Shown in pieces: positions 39,681 through 47,383 of a stretch of DNA of 47,383 bases. Location of the stretch: positions 1 to 47,383 of the IMG/VR virus record IMGVR_UViG_3300010389_000029, one strand, 5' to 3'. Each line of letters starts with the position of its first letter. Position 1 is the stretch's first letter. Below the pieces are notes generated by a model. It did no database searches. It was not told where the DNA came from and worked only from the letters and a program-made list of their open reading frames with translations. Both the position numbers and the translations under genes were made by a program. The DNA is from a virus.

Positions 39681-41897
39681 TTATTTGTTCTGATTCCTGA
39701 TGGTGTTCGCTGTCATAGCGTCTTGCAGTCTCATCTGGTGCTCAGTCCGCATACGACTCAGTTCCATTTCGTTCTGTGCGCGTTGCTGCTGGATAGCCAT
39801 CTTCTGCTGGGCCTCTGCCTGTTTGATCTGAACCTTCGGATCCATTCCCTGCTGAACTTGCTGGGCCTGTTGCTGATCCTGTTGCATAGCTTGGAAGTTC
39901 TCAACCAAACCACCAAGTTCTTGCATTTGCTGTTGAAGTATTTCAAACCGTTGTGCGAGTTGCTGGAATTCATTCTGGCGTAACGGGTCGTTCTGCAACC
40001 TAGCCAAGTGTAGGCCGGTATGCTGCAAAGCAGCCATCGCATACACAAGGATCTCATCAGGATTTCCACCCTGCTGCAAGGATGCAAGTCCCTCGGCTAC
40101 GGATGTCATATGCACACCCGCATGGACTACATCGTTCTGGGTGTCTGTGAGGATAACTTCGTTTCCAACCCGCATGCTGCCGTTCTCCTGCGTGGCATCC
40201 CATTCATGATCCTTGAGCGTTGTGGCCATGCGATTACGTGGATTATAGCGATCTACCATGCTGAAACCAGCGGTCGATGCGATAAAGTCATCCATCAGGT
40301 TAACACGACCACCTTCTGGAAGTGAACCCGCGATAGATCCCAACAAAGACTGCAAGGTCTGCGTTCTGAGGAAGTGACTTCCCTGCCCGATGGTTCGTGT
40401 AGCACGAATAGTGCATGCCGCAAATATGTTGTCCGGTATACCCTGGGCGGCGAGTTTTTGCCTGAATATACGGGCAGCTTTGGCCGTCTCGCTTTGGCTG
40501 TTCAGCTTTCCGGTCAGAGCACGTCGGAACCTCTCCGCATACCAATTGTCCAATTGCTCATAGTAGCGTTGGATGCCGGTCTTCGTCAGAACAGACTGTT
40601 GATTGACGTTGGCCGCTACCTCAAATGCAGTCCTTGGATTACCGCTAGGCTGTGCGACCTGCGGCCTGAACTGAGATAGATTGGACTGCAACTCCAGATC
40701 CATGGTTCGGGAAACACTCATCGCAGCTTCCATCGAGGAACCAATCTGGTTGAAGTTCATCGGCTCAAAGTTCGATTTCCAGACCGTAAACGGTCCCATC
40801 TGAACCATGCTGTCCGGTGTGGCAGATCCAGTCTGCTGGTTTCTGATATGCAGACTGGCCATGACAAAGGCATTATCGGCCAATGAATTGGTCAGTCGCT
40901 CTTTGGTATACAGAAACGGATACATGCGAACCCCAATGCCCTTGATGGAGTGATACGTTCCATCACCCCTGTCGAGCATGAATGGGCATACGATCTGATT
41001 CCAGTTCTTGTATTTACGAACCTTCTTATACAGGAACCCAAAGTCATGATCCAAGTTCACCCAGATCTCCGTAATACCTCCCTCTGGATTATCCTTGTTT
41101 GGGAATTCACGGAACAACAGCCGTGCTACATTTATCACTTGATCAGGGCTTGTGTATTCAAGGTCATTGTTTCGGATCGCTTGCTGCTGACGTTCCCAGT
41201 CTTTAGGGTAAATGGCAAACTCATCGGTTGCCCGTAAGATGGATTGCCGAACAGCGTCCACGTCCCAACCAACTTTGGATGCTGCCTCCGGGTTGTTGAT
41301 GTATTTGTAAAGTTCAGCTGGGGTAAATACCTCGCGCACAACACACTTTGTCCATCGGTTCAAGTCAGATGGTTCGTTGTTGGCAAGGAGAACCCTGTCG
41401 TGTTTCTTCGGGTAGGTTACCCAGTCGTCTTCCCGCTCCCAGATCACAGGACCGGATCCATACAGGACCATGTCATGTTGACTGAGTTGTATGCCGTAAT
41501 CCAAACACGGATCCTGTTTCTGTAGAGCATCAAACTCTTTAGTCAGGATCTTGCCCCACTCATGATCCATGTCTGGGTTACCGGATTCGCAGGTAATCGT
41601 AGCGTAAGACGGAACCTCTGCGAACAAGTCATAATACGCAGTCAGAGAAGTTTGAAGGAACGACAACGCCTGACCACTATTGAAGTTGGACCGATACTTC
41701 TGGCCAGCCTTGGCAAGGGAATGGGAGGAGTAGGGAGGGTTTCCGTCAACCAAACCCTTTACCCTGGCGTTTCGCTCAAGGCGTTTGTCGTTCTGGTCGA
41801 TGATGTCTTCCGCGATTTGACGCGCCACAATCGGGTCCGTCACTCTAGTGGAAGGGACCGATCCGTTCTCATTTAAATTCAGTAAATCTTCGTTCAT
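39681..41897 (-). CDS. Portal protein
   Basis: 738 aa from MNEDLLNLNENG (GGGAGGA Shine-Dalgarno, ATGA overlap with the upstream gene). Position downstream of TerL. Q-rich C-terminal tail. Confidence 0.65.
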   Translation of the reverse strand: MNEDLLNLNENGSVPSTRVTDPIVARQIAEDIIDQNDKRLERNARVKGLVDGNPPYSSHSLAKAGQKYRSNFNSGQALSFLQTSLTAYYDLFAEVPSYATITCESGNPDMDHEWGKILTKEFDALQKQDPCLDYGIQLSQHDMVLYGSGPVIWEREDDWVTYPKKHDRVLLANNEPSDLNRWTKCVVREVFTPAELYKYINNPEAASKVGWDVDAVRQSILRATDEFAIYPKDWERQQQAIRNNDLEYTSPDQVINVARLLFREFPNKDNPEGGITEIWVNLDHDFGFLYKKVRKYKNWNQIVCPFMLDRGDGTYHSIKGIGVRMYPFLYTKERLTNSLADNAFVMASLHIRNQQTGSATPDSMVQMGPFTVWKSNFEPMNFNQIGSSMEAAMSVSRTMDLELQSNLSQFRPQVAQPSGNPRTAFEVAANVNQQSVLTKTGIQRYYEQLDNWYAERFRRALTGKLNSQSETAKAARIFRQKLAAQGIPDNIFAACTIRATRTIGQGSHFLRTQTLQSLLGSIAGSLPEGGRVNLMDDFIASTAGFSMVDRYNPRNRMATTLKDHEWDATQENGSMRVGNEVILTDTQNDVVHAGVHMTSVAEGLASLQQGGNPDEILVYAMAALQHTGLHLARLQNDPLRQNEFQQLAQRFEILQQQMQELGGLVENFQAMQQDQQQAQQVQQGMDPKVQIKQAEAQQKMAIQQQRAQNEMELSRMRTEHQMRLQDAMTANTIRNQNK

Positions 41898-42370
41898 GTA
41901 ATATCCTCCCACTTGTTTAATGGACACTTCTCCGATGCGACCTGCAACTTTAACCCAGTGCAACCGCATGAACCGCATCTACCCATACCAAAAGATGCCT
42001 CCCCATTCCAGAGAGAACATCCCTCACATATTTCTCGTCTGGAAAGAAGCTGTTCCTCAGTCACCAACTTAAACCCGGACATAGTGAAGTTCTTCAGGGC
42101 TGCTCCAGCACGGATTAGAAGTTCTGCCTTGGTAGGTGGGCTGTAGTCAAAGCATCGTATAGCCGCATCCGTTGGATTAAGGCTCTTGCATATCTGATCC
42201 ATGACAAGTATATGCAGGTCTTTCGGTGGAGTCTTCTTGCTGGCGAAGTATGATTGGCGAATAGCCTCAACGGTTCGCTGCAAAGTTGTGTCTCTGAACT
42301 CAACACCGTCCTCGTCTGTATACCTCCACCCACCGGGAGGAGTCATCGAACTGTCTGATATAGCTTGCAT
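41894..42370 (-). CDS. Cys-rich hypothetical protein between terminase and portal
   Basis: CEGCSLWNG...CGSCGCTGLKLQVASEKCPLNKW zinc-binding-like motif. Confidence 0.55.
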   Translation of the reverse strand: MQAISDSSMTPPGGWRYTDEDGVEFRDTTLQRTVEAIRQSYFASKKTPPKDLHILVMDQICKSLNPTDAAIRCFDYSPPTKAELLIRAGAALKNFTMSGFKLVTEEQLLSRREICEGCSLWNGEASFGMGRCGSCGCTGLKLQVASEKCPLNKWEDIT

Positions 42371-42373
42371 AGT

Positions 42374-44203
42374 CTAAAGTGGAGCATCCAAGTGATCGAA
42401 CTCATCCCCAATGTCATCGTAAATTTCGTATACGGCCTCAAGAACGTCGTCCTTGTCCTGCTCACTAACATGATCCGCTATGTATACACCAATCCCAGAG
42501 CGTTTTGCAACCTCGGTCAGAATCACCGTGCAGTCCGCAATGTCAGGGGACATGCCATACACTGACTTCATGTCACGCTTTGTTTGCAGTTTGAGTTTAC
42601 GACGTTCGTCGTCAAACTCACGCGAACAGAATTCCTTGGCCGTCCACGGGTCAATGCCCCTTAGCTGACCGGCCTGTAAATACTCACGGGCAGTAAACCA
42701 AAGCTCAGTCACCCTACGATCATATACCTCTCTGGCAGGTCTCATGTCCTCGCTCGATACAGGTAAATCACTGGGTGCGCCACCGAACTCAACGCGAATA
42801 ATTCTAGGAGACCACTGCTTGGCCAGGATGTCTGCCAAACCACCACCTTCACCACTTGCATCTATCCCAAAATCCTCTGGTCGGCACCCACGCTCTTCAC
42901 ACTTGGACTGGATCATCTCAGCCAATTGAAAGTGGACAGGCTCGCTGGAAGACGCATCTATCTCAAGCTCCTCAAACAACTCCAGCTCAATACCAGGCTT
43001 ACCACTGTCAGTGATACCACAAACCGCAAACCTTAAAACAGCACGGTCACCGCCACCGAATGCAGGGTCACACGCACCGATGACTTTGATCTCACGACGA
43101 AACATATAGCCCAAGTGCGCTTGCATCTTGGCCAGTAAGGTTTCGTTGAAGACCGTCTTCAGCACACCACTCGGTGCCCAGAACCCACGGTAGAACTTCC
43201 AGAACAACGGAGACTCAGGCCCATACTTTCTACGAGCACCCTCAAGCTGATGCTCCGTCATCAAATACTTGTAGGTCGTTTTACCGAGGATAATATTGGG
43301 AGACTTCTCCGCATCAAACCGAAGACAATATCCCGGATGACCGTTTAACTGAACACCAGTTTCCCAATCCTCTGTTTCAACACCCACAGAAGCCCACCCT
43401 TCTTTTGGTTCGCTGAACTTCCCGTGAGGGTCGTAGTGACTGTTTGGGTTTCCGATGACGAGCATCTGGAATTTTTCACAACCTGCATAAAGGTTCGCGG
43501 TCGCATCAAAAATGGCTTGGGGAGTGTCCGTAGCTTCATCGATTACTATCAGCACCCTGCTTGTATGGATCCCTTGAATGTGACCCACGGCAGCGGCTGT
43601 GTTGCCGTCCTTTACGGCTAGACCAAATATTGCGTTCTTTTCGTCGCCCTTGACCGCTTGCCACACAGTCTTGGAATCAACCATGTTCCCCGGTGGATTC
43701 CATTCCATGGACGTATAGAGTTTCTGGATCTCGCTCCACATACGCTTGCGAAGCATCCCCTTGGTAGTGGAAGTAAGCACTGCGGCACTGACATCCGGTT
43801 GGCAAATCCACCAAACCGTGGCGTAGAGTGCTCCAGCAAAAGTCTTACCTGATGCCGCACATCCAGTCCAACTGACGAAGTCATTATCACAAAGTGACTG
43901 AATCGCTTTCTCAAGCCACATGTTCCATTCGATCTTCGGCCACAGGATCGAGACGATGTTCCTGAAGTTATCGAAGCGAGTGCATCGTGCTTTCTGAAGA
44001 CCTTTATACGCCACGAACGACAACAGCTCATAGTGGAGCTGTGTCAGTCCTTGGATCTTGTCGTAGCCGTATGTGCGAAGTTCGTAGTCCTTGGACTCAT
44101 CCAGTCGCTTTATCAAGTCCCCCATGGCAGTGCTGTTGGCTATCTGCCTCTTTCTGGCATCCAGCTTCTCCTGCGCCGCCTTTTTGGAGAGTGCTTTGCT
44201 CAT
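42374..44203 (-). CDS. terL: Terminase large subunit
   Basis: Walker A WTGCAASGKTF. 609 aa with a nuclease-like C-terminal half. Its ATG overlaps the stop of the giant gene (ATGA). Confidence 0.8.
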   Translation of the reverse strand: MSKALSKKAAQEKLDARKRQIANSTAMGDLIKRLDESKDYELRTYGYDKIQGLTQLHYELLSFVAYKGLQKARCTRFDNFRNIVSILWPKIEWNMWLEKAIQSLCDNDFVSWTGCAASGKTFAGALYATVWWICQPDVSAAVLTSTTKGMLRKRMWSEIQKLYTSMEWNPPGNMVDSKTVWQAVKGDEKNAIFGLAVKDGNTAAAVGHIQGIHTSRVLIVIDEATDTPQAIFDATANLYAGCEKFQMLVIGNPNSHYDPHGKFSEPKEGWASVGVETEDWETGVQLNGHPGYCLRFDAEKSPNIILGKTTYKYLMTEHQLEGARRKYGPESPLFWKFYRGFWAPSGVLKTVFNETLLAKMQAHLGYMFRREIKVIGACDPAFGGGDRAVLRFAVCGITDSGKPGIELELFEELEIDASSSEPVHFQLAEMIQSKCEERGCRPEDFGIDASGEGGGLADILAKQWSPRIIRVEFGGAPSDLPVSSEDMRPAREVYDRRVTELWFTAREYLQAGQLRGIDPWTAKEFCSREFDDERRKLKLQTKRDMKSVYGMSPDIADCTVILTEVAKRSGIGVYIADHVSEQDKDDVLEAVYEIYDDIGDEFDHLDAPL

Positions 44204-47200
44204 CGAAGAAGTTCTCTGGATGTCTCACGAAGATCCTTATACAGACTTGATCTTCGATCACCTGCCTCTACCTTAAACAAATTTCGCTCAGTATCTCGCA
44301 GGTATTTTTTATCCACTCCTAGTCGGAGCATAGCTTGTATGAATTTGGAATAGTCATCTTTAACTCGGTTGACAAGTTCCTCTTCCTTTGCCTGAACCTC
44401 AAGTCTCTCAGCCTCGGACAGACCTTCTTCTTTCCGTTCACTAGTAAACTTGGCAGCTTGGGCATAATCTCTATTGAAAGTAATCATCCTGAATCTGGCT
44501 GCTTCCGGTATGTTGTAAGTAGTCGGGCGTAAACTAAACAGCCTCATTGATTCTTCGGCCATACTGTAAACTCGCCCATAAGAACTATCCGATTCCTCAT
44601 ACGCCTTAGCCATTCGTTCAAATTTCTTAACAAACCCAGGCATAAAAGCATTTTTTGCTATGTGAGACACAGACGAAGGAACTCGTTCCAGTAGATCCAG
44701 ACTTTCGTTGTAGATTTCTCCACCACCTTGCTTTCGGTTATAGACCACTTCCCCTATAGAAGAAGGCAGGACCGAACCCCCAAACCAAGTATTTACGAGC
44801 GTAGCGAAAGCCTCTTTAGTTGCATCGTTAACATCCTCACCCTTGAAGGCAGCAACTAATGGTGCCGTGATAACAGCTTGTGGAACCTGATACGATAAAT
44901 TAGCATAAGTGAACTCTTTACCCTCTTTGAAATTAAGCATACCCAGTTGCTGTGGTCTATCCCACGGAGCAACAAGCCACAGCAGATCTTTCTGCTGTTC
45001 CTCTGACAAGTCGTCAGAGTCCGTCATGAAATTACGAACGGCATCGATAATGCCTTCCATGCCTATCGCAGACAGGCTAAGTGTTCCTAAAGAAAACACC
45101 ATTCGTTTATACCCTTTACCCTTAATAACTGGATTATCCGAAGCGATCTCTTTTTTGGCGATGAGGATGCTGTTTGCTACATTACGATGCATTTCATATA
45201 TAAACGAAATATATGTAGGAATGACACCGATCAAATTAAGTTGCTTCAATCCTTTAGGGACTCTGCTGTAGACAGGCGTAGTAGCACGGGCAATATCCCC
45301 CGCTGTTTTGAAAATGTCCCGCATGGATTTGTCGGGATATGCATTGGCATAATCCAAAGCTTCTTGGAAGAAAGCATTAACCTTCATTGCATTATCAGGC
45401 CATGAATAGATGTCACCTGCTTTCCCAAACACTTTAGTCCTGACCCAATCAGGGATTGCTTTAAATGCGGCTCTCTGAAGCTTGGAAAGCTTGGTGATCT
45501 GTTCTTCCGAAACCCAACCGGCTACGATGTCCCTTACAATAACATTTTCATCAAGTGCTCCGTATTGACTGGTTAGAGTTTCAGCTAGGATCGGTTTGTT
45601 CAGGTATTTATTCCAGTTTTTAGCAAACTCTCTTCCACTCTGCGACACTATGTCCTCAAGTTCTTTCGGACTCGGTGTTGCTGTGTCCTTCCTTGTTTTA
45701 TCTCCCTTGAACTTCCTCCATACGTTTGTAGCCAAACCTCCAGCGGCTTTATCGGTCAGTCCAGGACGACGACCTATGCGCCCATTAGCAAACTCAACCA
45801 TGGCCGCGCCTAAAAGGTTCACTGTCCATGAGTCTTGGATATTCAAAATAACCTGACTGAACTTACCAAAGGATGTCAGTTTAGCTATGGCGTTGAAAGT
45901 CGCCTTCAACGTAGAATAACCACCCCCCTTTCCCCCGTAAAACTCAGACACAGCTTCAGCCACTTCCTTGGAAGCATAAAGCGGAGCAAGGCTTGGGTAT
46001 TTCCTTGCGAGAGTAGAGTCCTTTGTCCCGTCTGTCTCAAAGACAGTATAGATCTTGTTCCCTTCTGGCTTCGTGGAAAACACCCCAGCCTCAAGTCCAA
46101 GTTCTGCAATTGAGTCCTGAGCCTCATACGCTACAACTATATCTGCTACACGATGAGTTGATTTGACTATGTTCTGGAGAGGATCTCGGATCTCTCCCAT
46201 CAAGTCACGAATCTCTTTAGGGATGTCTTTTCGTTTTATAAACGAAGACAATGGGATTCCCCCTACGTTTGTTTTCCCCATTAACCACTCCTGTGTGTTG
46301 GAGGGTTGGTTTAGGATCTTATCAACGATGCGCTCGGCCTCTACTCTGGATTCCGTTTCTTGATCAGAACGGTCGTGTTTGCGTTTCAGCTCACGGGTTA
46401 TGTAGTCGATAGCGGTCTCTTTAACCTTTGCAGGAACTGAATTAGCCCAGTCATACACAGGATCAAACACTTTGTAAGACCTAAGCATGTAAGAGCCTAT
46501 ATTTTGCTTAATACTTTTGGCCAAGTTCCCTTCCAGAAAACCGAAATCCAAAATGCGTGTGCTCAGTGTGTCAATCAAGGAACGGGCTTTAGTCAGTTCC
46601 TCTATCATGGATGGCGTCAATAAGTCCATCTGGTCTCTTCGACCAGATAGAAATCTATTTGCCTGGGCCAAAATCAAATCCTCGTCGGTTCCTTTTCTCT
46701 TGGCTTCGGCTTTAATCAGCTTATTGAGTGTATCAGCATACCGCTTGGATAGTTTTACGAAAGAATCGCGACGCGCCTTTGACTCTGCACGAATAGATAC
46801 AAACTCTGAGGGAGCTGTAGTTCCATCCGTGATATACTGTCTGAACTTCTTAATGAACCTCCCAGGCCATGAGGCAACCAATTCGTCAGGATTAAAACGG
46901 AGACGCTTCCCATCTTTAATAAAGGACGAAGGAGACATCGGACCCCCAACTATACCCATAGATACAATCGAATCGGACTCAGGTTTTATATCCTTCTCCA
47001 TTTTCGATTCTGGAGTTTGGTTCAGAGACGTGTTGGATATGTTGGCCACTACCTGCTTTGCCGCATCCAAAGCCTGAGTTTGCTTGACCTCAAGCTCCTT
47101 GCGCTTCAACTCAAGTCCTCGTTGCTGGGACTTCAGACGAGCTTGATACTCACGCATTGAGGCTGGAGTTTCTTTAGCTGAAGGAAACGTGCTCTGGAGA

Positions 47201-47383
47201 GACTCCAACTGAGTCGTAAGAGCATCGACCTGTTTGTTTAGATTTGAAACTTCATCTGTAAGGGTATTCGCAGTCTCAATAGTAGACACCTGCTCGGCAG
47301 TCATAGCCTCCGTCACTTCAAATCTTGGAGGAGCTGCCTCAGTTACAGGAGCTGCCTCAGTTACAGGAGCTGCCTCAGTTACA
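44200..47383 (-). CDS. C-terminal ~1,060 codons of the giant internal-virion/ejection-type protein. The frame is open to the right edge of the window.
   Basis: The track ORF 44200..47316 begins at an internal GTG. Upstream codons (…APVTEAAPVTEAAPPRFEVTEAMTAEQ) stay in frame to 47383 and join 1..1811 in frame. Confidence 0.7.
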   Translation of the reverse strand, partial: VTEAAPVTEAAPVTEAAPPRFEVTEAMTAEQVSTIETANTLTDEVSNLNKQVDALTTQLESLQSTFPSAKETPASMREYQARLKSQQRGLELKRKELEVKQTQALDAAKQVVANISNTSLNQTPESKMEKDIKPESDSIVSMGIVGGPMSPSSFIKDGKRLRFNPDELVASWPGRFIKKFRQYITDGTTAPSEFVSIRAESKARRDSFVKLSKRYADTLNKLIKAEAKRKGTDEDLILAQANRFLSGRRDQMDLLTPSMIEELTKARSLIDTLSTRILDFGFLEGNLAKSIKQNIGSYMLRSYKVFDPVYDWANSVPAKVKETAIDYITRELKRKHDRSDQETESRVEAERIVDKILNQPSNTQEWLMGKTNVGGIPLSSFIKRKDIPKEIRDLMGEIRDPLQNIVKSTHRVADIVVAYEAQDSIAELGLEAGVFSTKPEGNKIYTVFETDGTKDSTLARKYPSLAPLYASKEVAEAVSEFYGGKGGGYSTLKATFNAIAKLTSFGKFSQVILNIQDSWTVNLLGAAMVEFANGRIGRRPGLTDKAAGGLATNVWRKFKGDKTRKDTATPSPKELEDIVSQSGREFAKNWNKYLNKPILAETLTSQYGALDENVIVRDIVAGWVSEEQITKLSKLQRAAFKAIPDWVRTKVFGKAGDIYSWPDNAMKVNAFFQEALDYANAYPDKSMRDIFKTAGDIARATTPVYSRVPKGLKQLNLIGVIPTYISFIYEMHRNVANSILIAKKEIASDNPVIKGKGYKRMVFSLGTLSLSAIGMEGIIDAVRNFMTDSDDLSEEQQKDLLWLVAPWDRPQQLGMLNFKEGKEFTYANLSYQVPQAVITAPLVAAFKGEDVNDATKEAFATLVNTWFGGSVLPSSIGEVVYNRKQGGGEIYNESLDLLERVPSSVSHIAKNAFMPGFVKKFERMAKAYEESDSSYGRVYSMAEESMRLFSLRPTTYNIPEAARFRMITFNRDYAQAAKFTSERKEEGLSEAERLEVQAKEEELVNRVKDDYSKFIQAMLRLGVDKKYLRDTERNLFKVEAGDRRSSLYKDLRETSRELLR
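47330..47383. repeat. Tandem 18-bp repeat copies identical to those at 1..54
   Basis: Read directly. Confidence 0.95.

Noticed and set aside
1-47383. Genome-wide stop-codon reassignment (TGA as sense), prompted by the in-frame TGA at 9990
   Set aside because: TGA terminates many genes precisely at ATGA coupling junctions (21388, 30137, 28872, 28264, 44200, 41894). Long ORFs are otherwise intact under the standard code.
1-47383. CRISPR array, diversity-generating retroelement, retron or toxin-antitoxin pair
   Set aside because: There are no spaced direct repeats of 25-40 nt, no reverse-transcriptase-like ORF and no template/variable repeat pair near the fibre genes. The RHH gene has a DUF1937-like neighbour rather than a recognisable toxin.

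Overview
The window looks like a complete, circularly closed genome of about 47.3 kb from a temperate, podovirus-like dsDNA phage. The first 48 nt are identical to the last 48 nt, and one very large minus-strand ORF (1..1811 plus 44200..47383) runs in frame across the junction.

Almost everything is on the minus strand.
- A long virion operon of about 25 kb, mostly translationally coupled, runs 9400 -> 1 -> wrap -> about 31258. It encodes tail fibres, tail proteins, internal virion proteins, the giant protein, TerL, portal, scaffold, major capsid, a LamG fibre and small membrane proteins.
- An integrase-led operon follows (integrase, SNF2-type helicase, GT25, GT2).
- A replication module comes next: Cas4-like PD-(D/E)XK nuclease, a putative SSB, family A DNA polymerase, RuvC-like resolvase, an HNH/Zn protein and a Toprim+P-loop primase-helicase.
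- The replication module ends at an AT-rich hairpin plus a cluster of ten AAGTGTCAT 9-mers, which I read as a putative origin.
- A short plus-strand module (15733..18625) carries an ASCH protein, a SleB-type endolysin with a signal-anchor-like N-terminus, an RHH protein and a DUF1937-like protein.
- A minus-strand block of small early-type genes (15451 -> 9729) includes a Lar-like restriction-alleviation protein and a GDP-L-fucose-synthase-like gene.

I found no rRNA, tRNA, CRISPR array, reverse transcriptase, phage RNA polymerase or convincing small terminase.

The most interesting items are:
1. A promoter, leader and strong terminator placed just before the virion operon, laid out like lambda PR'/6S/tR'.
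2. A recurring ATTTGTTTGACA promoter motif that puts the integrase and fucose-synthase ATGs at leaderless distance.
3. The putative origin.
4. A dispersed carbohydrate toolkit: Fcl, GT25, GT2, a TylF-like methyltransferase and a GH130-like beta-propeller. Part of it is ATGA-coupled to the integrase, and part is inserted as a terminator-bounded cassette between portal and scaffold.

Functions are inferred from motifs I recognise in the translated ORFs. No database search was possible.
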